Origin: Marsupella aquatica
Taxonomy: Eukaryota > Plantae > Marchantiophyta
Assembly: GCA_973895155.1 (NCBI GenBank)
Contig: OZ316892.1
Span: 10,706,283 to 10,770,282 of the forward strand
Reading direction: 5' to 3'
Length of the DNA stretch: 64,000 nucleotides
The first letter of the stretch is position 1, and every line of letters begins with the position of its first letter. Both the position numbers and the translations under genes were made by a program. Below, piece after piece: positions 39,601 to 51,888 of this stretch. The notes under the pieces were generated by a model. That model had not been told where the DNA came from. It did not search any database and worked only from the letters and a program-made list of their open reading frames with translations.

Positions 39601-41350
39601 TTTGAGGGGTCCCTTGCGCAGTCATTTAGGAGTCTGAGCACAAATGACCAGTTTGGGGCTAGGGGCATGAGTGGGCCCTAGAGTGCCATGTGGCCCCACA
39701 TAGAGTTGGGAACCCCTCCACTAGATGCCGGACACTTTACTTACTATTCTCCAACCACTAGTTGCACCATAATTAATGTTGAGGCATGTTTTTGTGTTTA
39801 CCTACTTAGGCATGATGCAACTTTGGGGAAATCACTCCTAAGTCATACAATTTTGGAGTGATTTGCCAAAAGTAGCACCATGGTTGAATACCATCAATCC
39901 AATCCAAAGGCAAACAAAACCTTTTTTGGTCTTTTTACAGGGTAGTGCAACACCAATGGAATGGGTGTGGTCGTGCTGCTTCCCTATATGGTGTGTGTGC
40001 GGGTTAGAGGTATAAGAATATTCCAATTTTTCAAAGGAATCTAAAGCGGGCTCTCTTTGGAGGTCCTAGGGCCTTCATTGGGTCATTTATGAACAAATTT
40101 GTGTCATACATACCAATGACTACAAATAGGGTCATTGAAATGGTCAATGGCATACAAATCAAATGACTGGAATTGTTGTCATTTGAGGAGTCCCTTGTGC
40201 AGTCATTTAGGAGAAGCACAAAGGACCAGTTTGGGGCTAGGGGCGTGAGGTGGGCCCAGAGGTGGGCCCTAGGGGTCCATACTGACAAATTCTCCATTAG
40301 GTGCGGGACACTATACTTACTATTCTCCAACCACTAATTGCGCCATAATTAGTTTTGAGGCATGTTTTGGAGTTCACCTAAGGCATGATGCAAGTTTGGG
40401 CATTCCAAGTCATATGGCTTTGGAATGATTTTCCAATTGAACCACCATAGATGAATATCATCGGATCCAAAGGCAAACAAAACCTCTTTTAGGAGGTACT
40501 AGGGCCTTCATTGGGTCATTTGTGAACAATTGTGGGTCATATTCACCAATGACTACATATAACGTCATTTCAACTGTCATATGCCAGGGATGTCATATGT
40601 GTCAAACAACTACATTTATCGTCATTAGAGGGGTCCCTTTTGCAGTCATTTAAGACAAGCATAAATGACCAATTGTGGCTAGAGGCTATAGGTGGGCCCT
40701 AGAGTGCCATGGGGCCCTACATAGCGCTCACAACCCCTCCACACACTATGCTTATATTTTCCAACCACTAACCAGTTGCGTCATAATTAATTTTGAGGCA
40801 TGTGTTTGAGTTTACTTAACTAAGGCATATATATGATGGGGAAAGTACTCCCAAGTCATATGACTTTGAATTGATTTGCCAAAAAAGTCACCATGGATGG
40901 ATACCATCTTATCCAAATGCAAATGGAACCACTTTTTGTTTCTCCAAGAGATAGTGCAACACCAATGGAAGGCTATTCATCCTTTTATTTAACTTTTGTG
41001 ATGTCTATGTTGGTGTTTGGATAGGAAATATTATATTTTGCAAATGAATTTAGTGATTTGGCTCTGCGGGGAGTTATTGTAATCTTTATTGGGTAATTTT
41101 TGAACAATGGTGTGTCATTTATGCAAATGACTAGAATTAAGGTCATTTCTGCTCTCATACTGGAGGTCATATGTACCAAATGACTGGATATATGGTCATT
41201 ACAGAGGTTGCTCATGGTGTCATTGAGGACAAGCACAGCTGACCCTTTTGGGCCTAGGGGGCCAGAGGTGGAGCCCAGGATGCCATGGAACCCACCATGG
41301 AGCTGGCAACCCATCAACAAGATACAGGACACTATATATAGTTACTCATC
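36601..41350. repeat. Tandem array of ~8-9 units of ~550-590 bp inside the outer CACTA
   Basis: Anchor gggccctagagtgccatgtggccccacatag recurs near 36812, 37406, 37987, 38551, 39127, 39673, 40264, 40695 and 41270. Most units carry the hairpin aaatcactcc...ggagtgattt. Confidence 0.9.
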
Positions 41351-42254
41351 ATTGGGTGCTGCACCACAATCTATAGGGGTCTGTGTCACTGGTAGGAGTA
41401 CTATTTAGGTTTGCACAAGGTTCAGTAGCAAGTACCCCAAATAATCCAAAAGTTATTTGCCCCCAAATTTCCCCCTTCTCCCTGAGTAATTTGGCACTAA
41501 AGACTGAAAGATATGTTTCTGGGTCTATATTCAAATAACACTTTTTAAAACACTAAAAATTTGTATAGACTATCATATCCTCACCCATATAAGCACATCT
41601 TATTTCCTTTCAGGCCCCCTCCAGCAGGTACTTCTACTACTGTAGACTACATGTTGCTCTCAGGAAGGGGATAAAACTGCTGGTTAAAACCCCGCTTACT
41701 CCCTATATACACCTTATTTATAGGGTCTGTAAGTCAAGATGTTTACCCGAGTAGATGTCTTCAAAACTTCTCCCTTCTAAATTGACTTTGGAAATCAACC
41801 CTTACACTTCCCAGATCATCCAAACTGGTTGGGGTGTCAACCTGGGTTCTAAAAGCTAGACTTAGATCGATTTACAGTCTATTTTTATTATAGGTCTGTA
41901 AGGAGAGACTTACAGTGTAAAATGGCTTTCCTATTTGACTTTGTATTTTCAAAATACAAATGTTGCGCTCACGGCTTTTGCCCGCGCTCACAGCTTTGGG
42001 TGCGTCTATACTTTCAAGTTCTTGGGCTAGCTATGGACCATGTGGACTTAATGTCCTATCTTTACTCCAGACATGCTCTTCATCACAACAATTTTGCTCT
42101 GCTCCCGACGATTCCATAGCCTGATGCGATCTTCTACAACATGCTGCTAGATTTTTTCAATTTCTGATTCGTCCTGGGGCTATGGGCTAATGGTCCCCAC
42201 AGCCATGACTTATCCGACAGTTTGAGAACTCTCATTTGATTAGTCTTTTCATTT

Positions 42255-42400
42255 GCAAGCACAATTGTAGGTTGAAGAATTTGGCAAAGCTCTGTGAAGC
42301 AGTTTTGCAACCACAGTAGTAGGTTGAAGAATTTGGCGGAGCTCCGTGAAGCAGTTTTGCAACCACAATAGTAGCTTGAAGAATTTGGCGGAGCTCCAAG
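42255..42400 (+). repeat. ~55-bp tandem repeat, about 2.7 copies
   Basis: gtaggttgaagaatttggc..agctc.gtgaagcagttttgcaaccaca repeated. Confidence 0.8.
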
Positions 42401-44726
42401 AAGAAATTTGAGCTATGGTGAGTAACACTCTGTCTCCTTTGAGTAGGTCAAAGAATTATCTCAAGCTCCCTCAAAAAAATCTCAGGTTGATCGACCTATT
42501 TGATCACACTTTGTCTTGGTTTTGGTCGCTACTACGTTAGGTTTATAAGTATTTTGTTGTCGAAACTTGCGACAAGCATCTTTGCTTCACAAACATTCCA
42601 TCTGTGCAAGGACGGGCGTTTTTGAGCATTGTATTCAGTGATATTTGAATTCGGTGTCTTTAAAACTATTTGACTTCCTGAAATTGTGGCAAAGATGGCT
42701 ACTGCAGTTTAGTTGAATGTTTTTGCAACAATCGGGACTCCTGGTTTTCATGGTCTAACAAGCTACTAACAAAAATTAAGTATCGGGCCCAGTTCTTCCC
42801 CTGTCCCGTGCAATTTCTCCGTGTGGACGGATGGGCAGCATTCAGGAATCAGCGTGAAGAGCGTCAAAGAAGATGAGGTATGTGTGTATCCAATGGGTGG
42901 AGTGCTACCAGTTATCCCGCAGAGGGTACTTGGTATTGGGGGGACAGCCAAGAAAATTGACGTCCGCACAGAGGTTGGGTATTACGTTGAGTTTAAGAAT
43001 TTTGAATTCTGAAGAAAATGAACCAAAAGTCTGTACTGCAAAAATGAAGAGACTGTCTCTATTCAAAATTGAAAGTCATTGCTTGATATTTTGGGTTCCT
43101 ATTCAGTTCATAATGTTCTTATGTTCTGATTCAAAATTGGGCGCCAGTGACTGTTCCCCAAGGAGTTCTTTCATAGTTGGCTCTGTGTGGCCCGATGTTG
43201 GCTATTATGCTTGACATAGTCTGTTTTGGTGAAGCTTGATGCACAGTTACGCCACAGGAGGTGTGGGGGAGCCCAACATTGGAGCCCTGGGGGAGCTAGC
43301 AAATGGATCCCGGGAATGGACCATTCTTCCTTTCAATGGAGTCCTCTATTGCCGTTGTGAGTTGTTTGTTGAAGTTTCCCTCTCCGTTTCAACTCTTTGT
43401 GTTCTTCTGCATCTGGATAGTATTTTGATGGAGCAATTTGCGTTGCTCCTCCCTCCCCTGTCCCCCTCCCTGGCAGGTTTCCTTTTGCTTGCTCGCTTCA
43501 GGTTAAAGCATTGAATGAGGTGAAATCCTTTTTTTCCATTTTTTTCTCAGCTATTTTAAATGAGGTGAATACCACCCCAAGCATATAATATAGCTTCTAC
43601 TGCCGCTGTTGCGGCGCTCGCTTCAGGTTAGAGCTTTGCATGAGGTGAGTGCCTTTTTTGTCTTGACCTCAGCTTGTTCAAATGACGTGAATGCCCGATC
43701 AAGTAGCTGAAAATCAGTTTTTGAAGACCGATGGTTGCAAAGGAATCCCCTATCCTGTGATAAAATAACAATTTCATAGTCAGTTTCCTGAGATTTGTTC
43801 CCTTTCCTTGTATTTTGTCATCAGTTTGTCAGTGCATTTTCAGGAGTACGTGTTTGACTTTGGAGTCACTGCGCAGATTTGTTTACCGTTTGTGGCAACT
43901 TTCTGTTCACACATTACGAGAAGTCCAGAAGTGGAAGCCAATGTTCCATTGCCAGCATCTCTGGTGGAAGTTGTCTCACCTACTCCCATGCAATCTCTCT
44001 TCTTGTCGTTTAGCGAGACGGTCAATCAAAAGTACCCTTCTCATGAAATATACTCTTCTCTGTTATTTTGTCGTTTAGCGAGACGGTCAATCAAAAGTGG
44101 CCACGTGGGCCAACCCCTCAACAGACACATACTATAAAAGGGCCACCGCCGATGAGTTTTTGGCGTCATTCTCTAGAGCAGAGTTTTTTTGGAGTTGTGT
44201 TCTTGGAGCAACATTTTGTCTGTTGAGTCATTCATTTTCCCTGATTGAGGGGAGGTATGCAAAGCCCCATAGTGTCTTGGATAACCATGTCTCAATCAGA
44301 CACAGATTCACCTTCAAGTTTAGTTAAAATCCTCTCCTAATGTTGTTGCTTGCTCTTTGCCAAGTTGCATCCCTAAAGCTCTACCTCTCGCATAGTAGAT
44401 TGTGCTTGAGATCTTTGACTTTGATTGGAATTTTGATGCAAGTTCTGGTCCTAAGCCCAGTTCTTACTATGTGTCGCCTAATAAACCTGAGAAGCGTCGT
44501 CTCTTGAGCGTTCCATCGCCAAGAATTGAGAAAATTCAATCCCATGTTTAGGTCTGAGACGTCGCTTCAGGCCATCCATCCCGGGTTATGGAGAGGGTAT
44601 TCGGCAACCGATATGCGTATCGCACTCGACATTCAAGTCGCCACATTCAACTCACATTCAACGATGGATTTTTCAGTCTCCGGGTGAGGAACAGGAAGCA
44701 GAAAAGAGTAAGTTTCTAAACCCGTG

Positions 44727-47700
44727 TGTAGCACCCAATAATTTTATTGGGTTGAGGATTCCAATGCTTCTTCTTTGGTAATTGTGTGTGAATATATTGT
44801 TTGAATAGTTTGAATACTTATCCCGATAAATTTATCGCTGTCATGGTTTAACATTATGGTAATCGAATCAAGTGTTTGAATACTGAACCCGATAAATTTA
44901 TTGCTATCAATCCAGCAAAGTTCTAAACTTTTTTATTATTGAGGAAAATTCTCAACATTGCTAAACGAGCATCGGAAGGCACAAGCATTGGAGAGGGAGA
45001 AGTTAGCAAAGCACCGGAGCAAATATAACAAGAGTTCTGAGAAATATTTGGAACACGAATTTGGACCAAAGATAACATGGACAACATAACACCACTATTA
45101 GACTGGGCTCATTGAGGGCTTCAAAATGAGTCCAAACATGACTATCTATAAACACCCACAAACAACATGTCAACCATTCTTAGTTTTGTAACTTTCTATA
45201 ATGATAAAACAATATCAATCTTTGAAATACAAACAATGATAAATTTATCGCAACTTTCATTCCTCCTTATATTTTGGGTACTCCTGGTTGGTCTCTCAAG
45301 GTTAGATACATTAGCACAAGGTTTTGAGGAACAAATCTTGTCCCTATTATTATCTTGTATTGAAAGATAATATGGAAAACATAACACCACTAAAAGATTG
45401 GGCTCATTGAGGGCTTCAAAATGAGTCCAAACATGACTATCTATAAACACCCACAAACAACATGTCAACTATTCTTAGTTTTGTAACTTTCTATAATGAT
45501 AAAACAATATCAATCTTTGGAATACAAACAACGATAAATTTATCGCAACTTTCATTCCTCCTTATATTTTGGGTACTCCTGGTTGGTCTCTCGAGGTTAG
45601 ATCCATTATTACAAGGTTTTGAGTAACAAATCTTGTCCCTATTATTATCTTGTATTGAAAGATAATATGAAAAACATACTACCATTTTTAGATTGGGCTC
45701 ATTGACGGCTTCAAAATGAGTCCTAACATGACTATCTATGTACACCCACAAATAACATGTCAACCATTCTTAGTTTTGTAACTTTCTATAATGATAAAAC
45801 AATATCAATCTTTGGAATACAAACAACGATAAATTTATCGCAACTTTCATTCCTCCTTATATTTTGGGTACTCCTGGTTGATCTCTCGAGGTTAGATCCA
45901 TTAGCACGAGGTTTTGAGTAACAAATATTGTCCCTATTATTATTATCTTATATTGAAAGATAATATGGACAACATAACACCACTATTAGACTAGGCTCAT
46001 TGAGGGCTTCAAATGAATCCTAACATGACTATCTATGTATATCCACAAACAATATACCAACAATTCTTAGTTTTTAAACTTTCTATAATGATAAAATAAT
46101 ATCAATCTTTGAAATACAAAGAACGATAAATTTATCAGAACTTTATCAAAATTTATCGAACAAAGGAATCCAGAATGTGATAAATTTATTGCATGTTTGC
46201 TGGAATCTTGAATCCAACAGAGGAATGCAAACTACGATAAAATTATCGCATGTTTGTTGAAATCCTGAATCTAACCAAGGAATGCAAATTGTGATAGTTT
46301 TATCGCATGTTTGCTCGAATCCTAAATTCAACAGAGAAATGCGGATTGTGATAAATTTATCGCATGTTCACTGAAATCCTCTCACATTGATAATGAATGA
46401 ATAACAAACCTTACATAATTGATAATACTCAAATCGGAATGCAAGTTCCGATAAATTTATCGGGTTTTTGAGAGAAAGATTCAAATCTCCTTATAGGAAT
46501 GTAAGACTTGATAGGAGTTTGGTATTTTCTTTAAGACAAATGTTGTTTGATCAGGCAATCAAACTAAACTTTTATGGCCATCTCGCTCCTCTTTATATAG
46601 GGAATGCTCTAACCATGGTTACTATTTCCCACAAACCATGATTAACTTTGAACTAATCTGGGTTAGTGTGTGGTCGACTCTTGATTACGTGATTGGGACC
46701 AAGTTACTCATAGTTGGGACTTTGGGCAACTTTTGAAAGTTACAAATCTAAAACCCGATGCACGTATTGCTGCCTACATTCTTGCGATGATGCAATGTCC
46801 AGAACTGATGTTTTTTTGATTTGACATCCATTTTATTGGAGTTTGCATTGCCTTAGAAAAAAAATAGAGTCGGGCTAAACAAGAAGTGTATCACACTTCT
46901 TGGTCGGTCCAAAATCGTATTGCCATGAGGATGCGATAAGTTTATCGCACTTTGCATTCACCTAGAAGAAATGACCCCATCAAACACCTAAGCCCTGAAT
47001 CCATCACAAGAATGCGCGCTCTGATAATTTTAGCGGATGTCCTCTGAACCATCTTCAATCCATTAAAGGAATGAAGACTCCGATAAAATTATTGGAGTCT
47101 CAAATAATCTTCAATCAATCACAGGAATGGAGACTCCGATAAATTTATCGAAGTCTCAAATAATCTTCAATCCATTAGATGAATGAAGACTCCGATAAAT
47201 TTATCGGAGTCTCAAATAATCCTTAATCCATTAGATGAATGGAGGCTCCGATAAATTTATTAGAGTCTCAACTAATCCTCAATCCGTCAAAGGAATGAAG
47301 ACTCCGATAAATTTATCGGACCTTGAATATAGTCTATGGAATGAATGCTCACTCCTATAATTCTATTTGATGTTCTTCAAACATATTCAATTATTCAAAG
47401 GAATGTAACTGAGGAATTCCGCTCGGGTCAGGACATTGACACCAAATGACAAGTCAACGTTACATAGATGTTACTCGAACTGGAATGGTAGTTCCGATAA
47501 TTTATCGGGTTCTCTGGAGAAAGAGTCAAGTCTCTTGTGAGGAATGTAAGACTTGATAGGAGTCCAGTATTCGCTCTGAGTGAGGTGTTGTTTGCTCCAG
47601 CAAAAATAAACCTTTCATGGGCAGCCCGCTCCTCTTTATATAGGGGTTGCTCTAACCATGGTTACTTTTCCCCGTTAACCATGGTTACATTTGCACTAAC

Positions 47701-47955
47701 CTAGGTTAGTGCATGGTCGACCCTTGATTACGTGGTTCGGACCAATTTACTCGCAGTTCAGACTTTTTCACAGACCGAATGTAAAACCCGATGCACGTAT
47801 CGCTCCCTGCATTCCCGCGGCGATATAATGTAGGTAACTCATGTTTTTTCAATTTTTTGGCAGTTTTATCAGAGATTGCATTGCCTTAGAAAAAAAATGG
47901 AATTGGGCTAAACGAGAAGTGTGTCACACTTCTTGGTCGGTCCAAAATTGTGTTC
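44727..47955. mobile_element. LTR-like, repeat-rich element fragment
   Basis: Begins TGTAGCACCC (Gypsy-LTR-like start). Contains a ~500-bp direct repeat (~46430-46920 and ~47480-47950), each copy with a minus-strand TATA (ccctatataaagaggagcg). Truncated against the CRE fragment. Confidence 0.45.
45068..46140 (+). repeat. 295-bp tandem repeat, ~3.6 copies
   Basis: Unit start aaagataa(c/t)atg at 45068, 45363, 45658 and ~45956, near-identical. Confidence 0.9.
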
Positions 47956-47959
47956 CATC

Positions 47960-48270
47960 TTCTTTGATTCAGTTTGGGAGGAGAAACCATAGTTGTTCAT
48001 GATGTTGTGCGAGATGCTACTGCTCAGGTTCTTTCAAGGTCTTTGGTACACGTGCGACAGGAGGTGATGCTCAAGCTACCTGGTCCTCCCCCATAGCAAT
48101 TGCGGGTTGATTTGACCATGGTCTGTGATGGTCGACGTACTTTGGCGGATTTTGTGGTAGCAAACCCTTTGTGTCCGGACCTCATTGAGTTAGCGGCGAC
48201 AACGGCATCCTGGGCGGAGTCTGGGGGGAAAATGTGGTTCTTGAGGAAGCATCGGGCCTATGGCTGCTAG
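47960..48270 (+). pseudogene. CRE/RLE-type retrotransposon: restriction-like endonuclease region, part 1
   Basis: GGETIVVHDVVRDA...VRQEV...RVDLTMVCDGRRTLADFVVANP, an HD.VRD / R.D / D..V..P signature. Confidence 0.65.
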
Positions 48271-49675
48271 TGTCAAGAGAGAACTTAAGTTAAGATTATG
48301 ATTACTATTCTAGACTGGGTAGGAGACACCACAAGGGTCTGTGGATGAAAGCACAACATCATAACCCTTTTTTCCATACCTACGGACTATTGCCTCCTTG
48401 GCAGCTACTTTGAATGGATCGAGTTACAAAATGAATATCTCCCAACGAGAAAGAAACGGGAGATTCATCGGAGGGAGATTTGTTGAGATCCATCTCAATA
48501 CAAGATAAAAATTGTGCAAGCCCAATCCTGCCCATAAACTACATAAGGGTATACAATTGGCTCTATTGAATTTAACACCGCAGTTGCAAAATACTTTTCC
48601 AAAGTGAAAAGTCATATGCTGACGCATTATCTTTTTTTGGAGTACATAAATTCTAATAAGGAAAGGATTAGGGAGAGGAAGAACAAGTACTGGTCTGGGC
48701 ATTATCGTATTATCAAATATTCCATCCAACTAATATTTATTTTAATGACAAGATATAGAATCATTCAACGAAAAGATCATTCATTTCAAACAAATACTAT
48801 GCATTGAGTTAACTCTAAGTATATACATGCAAATGTTTATTTTAATAAGTTTATCTTTTTTGAATGAAAACACTATCTGAAGGTCCAACGGATACAAATT
48901 ACCACTGACTGAGTTAAACTACAAGCCAACATGCATGCGTGGGTCTACTTCATAAGGATTTCACCCAAAAGGAGCATATGATATCAAGGCATTGTTGAGC
49001 ACTTTCCAACTCTTTAGAACTTAATAACCATCTCCTATCAAATCATAACACTTTCTGAAGGTCCAACTCATACAAAATATCCCTGGCCGAGCCGAAGCTC
49101 TAAGCAAGAGTGCATGAGTGGGTCTACTTCATAAGGGTTATATTCATAGAAAAGATCATCAAGTCCAATGGATTCTTAAGGCTTCACAACTTAGTTGATG
49201 AAAAATGGGGAGTGAGGGGAGAGAGCCCCTCTCCTCTTTATTTATAGTGCTCACACCTCAAGCACACGGATCAAGCATGGCACACAGATGGAAGCCATGT
49301 GTCACACATCCAAGGAAAATAAGTGTGCTAGTACTATAGTTACGTGAGTGGAGCAACTGTAGGCAGTACACTGTAGCATGCACACTGTAGATTGTACACT
49401 GTAGCATGCATACTGTAAATCGTACACTATAGCATGCACACTGTAGGTCTTGCACTGTAGCATGCACACTGTAGATCGTACACTGTAGCGTGCATACTGT
49501 AGACTGTGTACTATAGCATGCACTCTGTAGATCGTACATTGTAGCATGCACACTGTAGGTCGTGCACTGTAGCATGCACACTATAGACTGCATATAATGC
49601 AAGAATTCAAACTACTATCCTATACTACTAAGCTATACTTAGGAGGAACTTACTAAACAAAGAATCCCCATGACA
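48271..49675. mobile_element. 1.4-kb solo-LTR-like insertion with a 28-bp minisatellite (~49365-49600)
   Basis: TGTCA...TGACA termini, interrupting the RLE coding sequence. Tandem cactgtagcatgcacactgtagatcgta units. No matching TSD. Confidence 0.5.
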
Positions 49676-50030
49676 ACGACCTCGACAAAGGAGGCAAAAA
49701 CTGTTGCTCGAGCTTCATCTGATACTTTTCTCCCCCTCGCTATAGAGCTCTTTGGGCGTTGTCATCATCAGTTCAATGGGCTTCTTCGACAGGCTGCTTG
49801 TGATATTCACGGATGGATAGGTCCCTCCAGACCCCAACTGCACTATCCATCTTGACCACACACCTGTAAATGCATTATTTTCAGTGGCCTAACAGCGTGC
49901 CCAAGCTCAAGCCATATATCATCGATCCCTCACAGTGGGTGCCATTGTGCCCCCGCAGACGCTAGCCCCCCTAGAGGACATTCCTGTCCCACTTGCTGAT
50001 TTGGTTAGGATATTGGATGTGACCCATTAG
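49676..50030 (+). pseudogene. CRE/RLE-type retrotransposon: endonuclease region part 2 and ORF end
   Basis: TKEAK...DTFLPLAIELFG...FNGLLRQ, and downstream ISVA*QRAQAQAI. Confidence 0.65.
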
Positions 50031-50274
50031 CTTGTGTCACATATTCCAATATAGATAGTCATTGAGTTTGCACTCATGTAGTGTTTGACACTTTTCTCTT
50101 TTTATTTCTCCTTTTTAGGTTTACACTTGCTGTTCTTTTTTCAGGTTAGGTGTTTGTCCTCTTTGGAACTCTTTTTCTTTCCTTTCATTGTACTTTGTTT
50201 TTCCGTGAATTATACATTTTGGTGAGTCTTTTTTTTCAGAATAGTTTTTTTCCCCTTGTTTGTTTAAAATGCTA

Positions 50275-51007
50275 CCGTCTTCCCCCGAACACAGCGCCCA
50301 GGCACTATATTTGAATAGTGGACCATGGGGCATTATATTTTAATAGTGCGCCCAGGGCGTTGTATTTGAGTTTCGACACTATGTTTTGGAATTTTTTACC
50401 TTGCGACGTTGTGTTCAAATTGCGGCATTGTGATGAATTTAGGATGTAAGCAGGAATGATAGGCCTAGAATTTAGGGTGTAAGCAGGAATGAAAGGCTAA
50501 TGCTTCCAGACCATTCAGCCCTGGCCAAATTTGGTGAGACAAAATATAATAAGGCTTAGAAAATCATTGATTTCTCTAATTTCTAGTGAGGTTGCACATG
50601 GATGTAACCATTTGCAGAGTTGTCAAGTGCCATTTCAATTGAGTATGTGTGGGCAATATTGCTCCAGAAATTGCTCCTAGCATTGTTGTCAAAATGTGAA
50701 GGTTATCAACATCTTTTTGTTTACTTTGCTTAATATGCTTTGATTGTAATTCATGAGCTTGCACTTTTTGTGCTCAAATGCTCTCAAGATTAGGAAAAAA
50801 CTCAAACACAACCCTGAACATTCAAACACAATGCCATATTCGAACACAAGGCCTGAACATTCAAACACAATGCCATATTCAAACACAAGGCCTGGGCGTT
50901 GTTTTAACGTGACGTTGTGTTCGAGTTAAAACTACGTTTTCTTACCGAGACTAAAAAATTTCAACTTTCAAACACAATGCCCGGGTGCTGTGTTCAGGGG
51001 AAGACGG
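50275..51007. mobile_element. Tc1/mariner(pogo)-type MITE, 733 bp
   Basis: ~40-bp TIRs CCGTCTTCCCC.GAACACAGC.CCC.GGCA..., with TA TSD at 50273-50274 and 51008-51009. Confidence 0.85.
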
Positions 51008-51544
51008 TAGTAGAAAATTGGTGATCTCAAATCTAAAGTAACACTTATTTTTCTCAGATTTTCAAAATCATTATTTTCCACTATTTTCCGACTTTGACTC
51101 TTGAGTCACAAGTAACACTATCTCATACACACATAACTAGTGTTAGAACAAAACTAGTTTGACTTGCCCTAAATTGATGAGTAGAACCCCAGAATTTCTT
51201 TCCCAGAATTAGTGCACACTAATCACAGGGAACAGTAATCCCTACACTTTTTGCTTTTGCAATGATTGGAAGTCTTCCCAGAATACAATGTGGCTTGATG
51301 GCTACTTGAATATTTAAGAATTAACATCCTGCTAGGGTTAGGGTCCCTTTGGCAATTGAAACTCAAGGAAGATCCAGGAGGGCAATCCCCGGCTTAAAAT
51401 TATAGAAAGCCCAACTTCATGCTTTTTTTGATGATGTGAAGTGACTTTCCGCAGAACATTACAGGAAGAGAGAAGGGCACCACGCACTACAGCACAGTAC
51501 CACTGATTCTACTAAATCTCTTACAGACCCACGTCTCCAAGGAT

Positions 51545-51785
51545 TGTTGGAATTGTTTGTATGCTACGTCCGAGTTCTGCTGGGCTACGTTGTGCATCTT
51601 AGTTAGTATGTATATACGGTGCACCTGTTGCCAGCGTCAGATTTAGGGCAATCCCATTAACGGTTTGATTAGGACTAGGCTGTATGGTGCGCCGAGTTTC
51701 CACGGCTGATTCTTCCCTTGCCACTTAAGGGACCCACTGTTGATTCTCAATTCATTCAGTCAGTAAACTCATTTACATTTCTTCA
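51545..51785 (+). repeat. Copia 5' LTR
   Basis: TGTTGGAATT...TTTCTTCA, matching 56459-56699. Confidence 0.96.
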
Positions 51786-51797
51786 TGGTATCAGAGC
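51786..51797 (+). other. Primer binding site (tRNA-iMet)
   Basis: TGGTATCAGAGC directly after the 5' LTR. Confidence 0.95.
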
Positions 51798-51888
51798 GGA
51801 GCATCTCGAAACCTCAGGCTCACACGGCGGTACTGACTGATTCCTGGTGAGCATCTCCCAGTACTGTTCACTCACTCACTGTAGCAGC

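Larger units (their letters stand above)
7728..41350. mobile_element. Outer CACTA element (left end only; interrupted by L1; right TIR missing)
   Basis: CACTAGAAGAAAA at 7728, then dense AAATGAC/GTCATTT subterminal motifs. The repeat pattern resumes after the L1 TSD at 36601. No matching right TIR plus ACA TSD found, so the right boundary is approximate. Confidence 0.7.

Noticed and set aside
41351-44739. Apparent 13-bp TIR pair ATTGGGTGCTGCA / TGTAGCACCCAAT suggesting a Harbinger-like element
   Set aside because: No matching TSD and no transposase motif. The right copy overlaps the local palindrome motif and looks more like an LTR start.
36601-47340. Regular repeats and palindromes resembling a CRISPR array
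   Set aside because: Eukaryotic context, no unique spacers and no cas genes. These are tandem repeats.
49258-49602. Cys-rich repetitive ORFs
   Set aside because: Translation of a 28-bp minisatellite.
50581-50590. TTCTAGTG as the missing right TIR of the outer CACTA
   Set aside because: Only 8 bp match, no ACA TSD, no subterminal motifs, and it lies inside a MITE.
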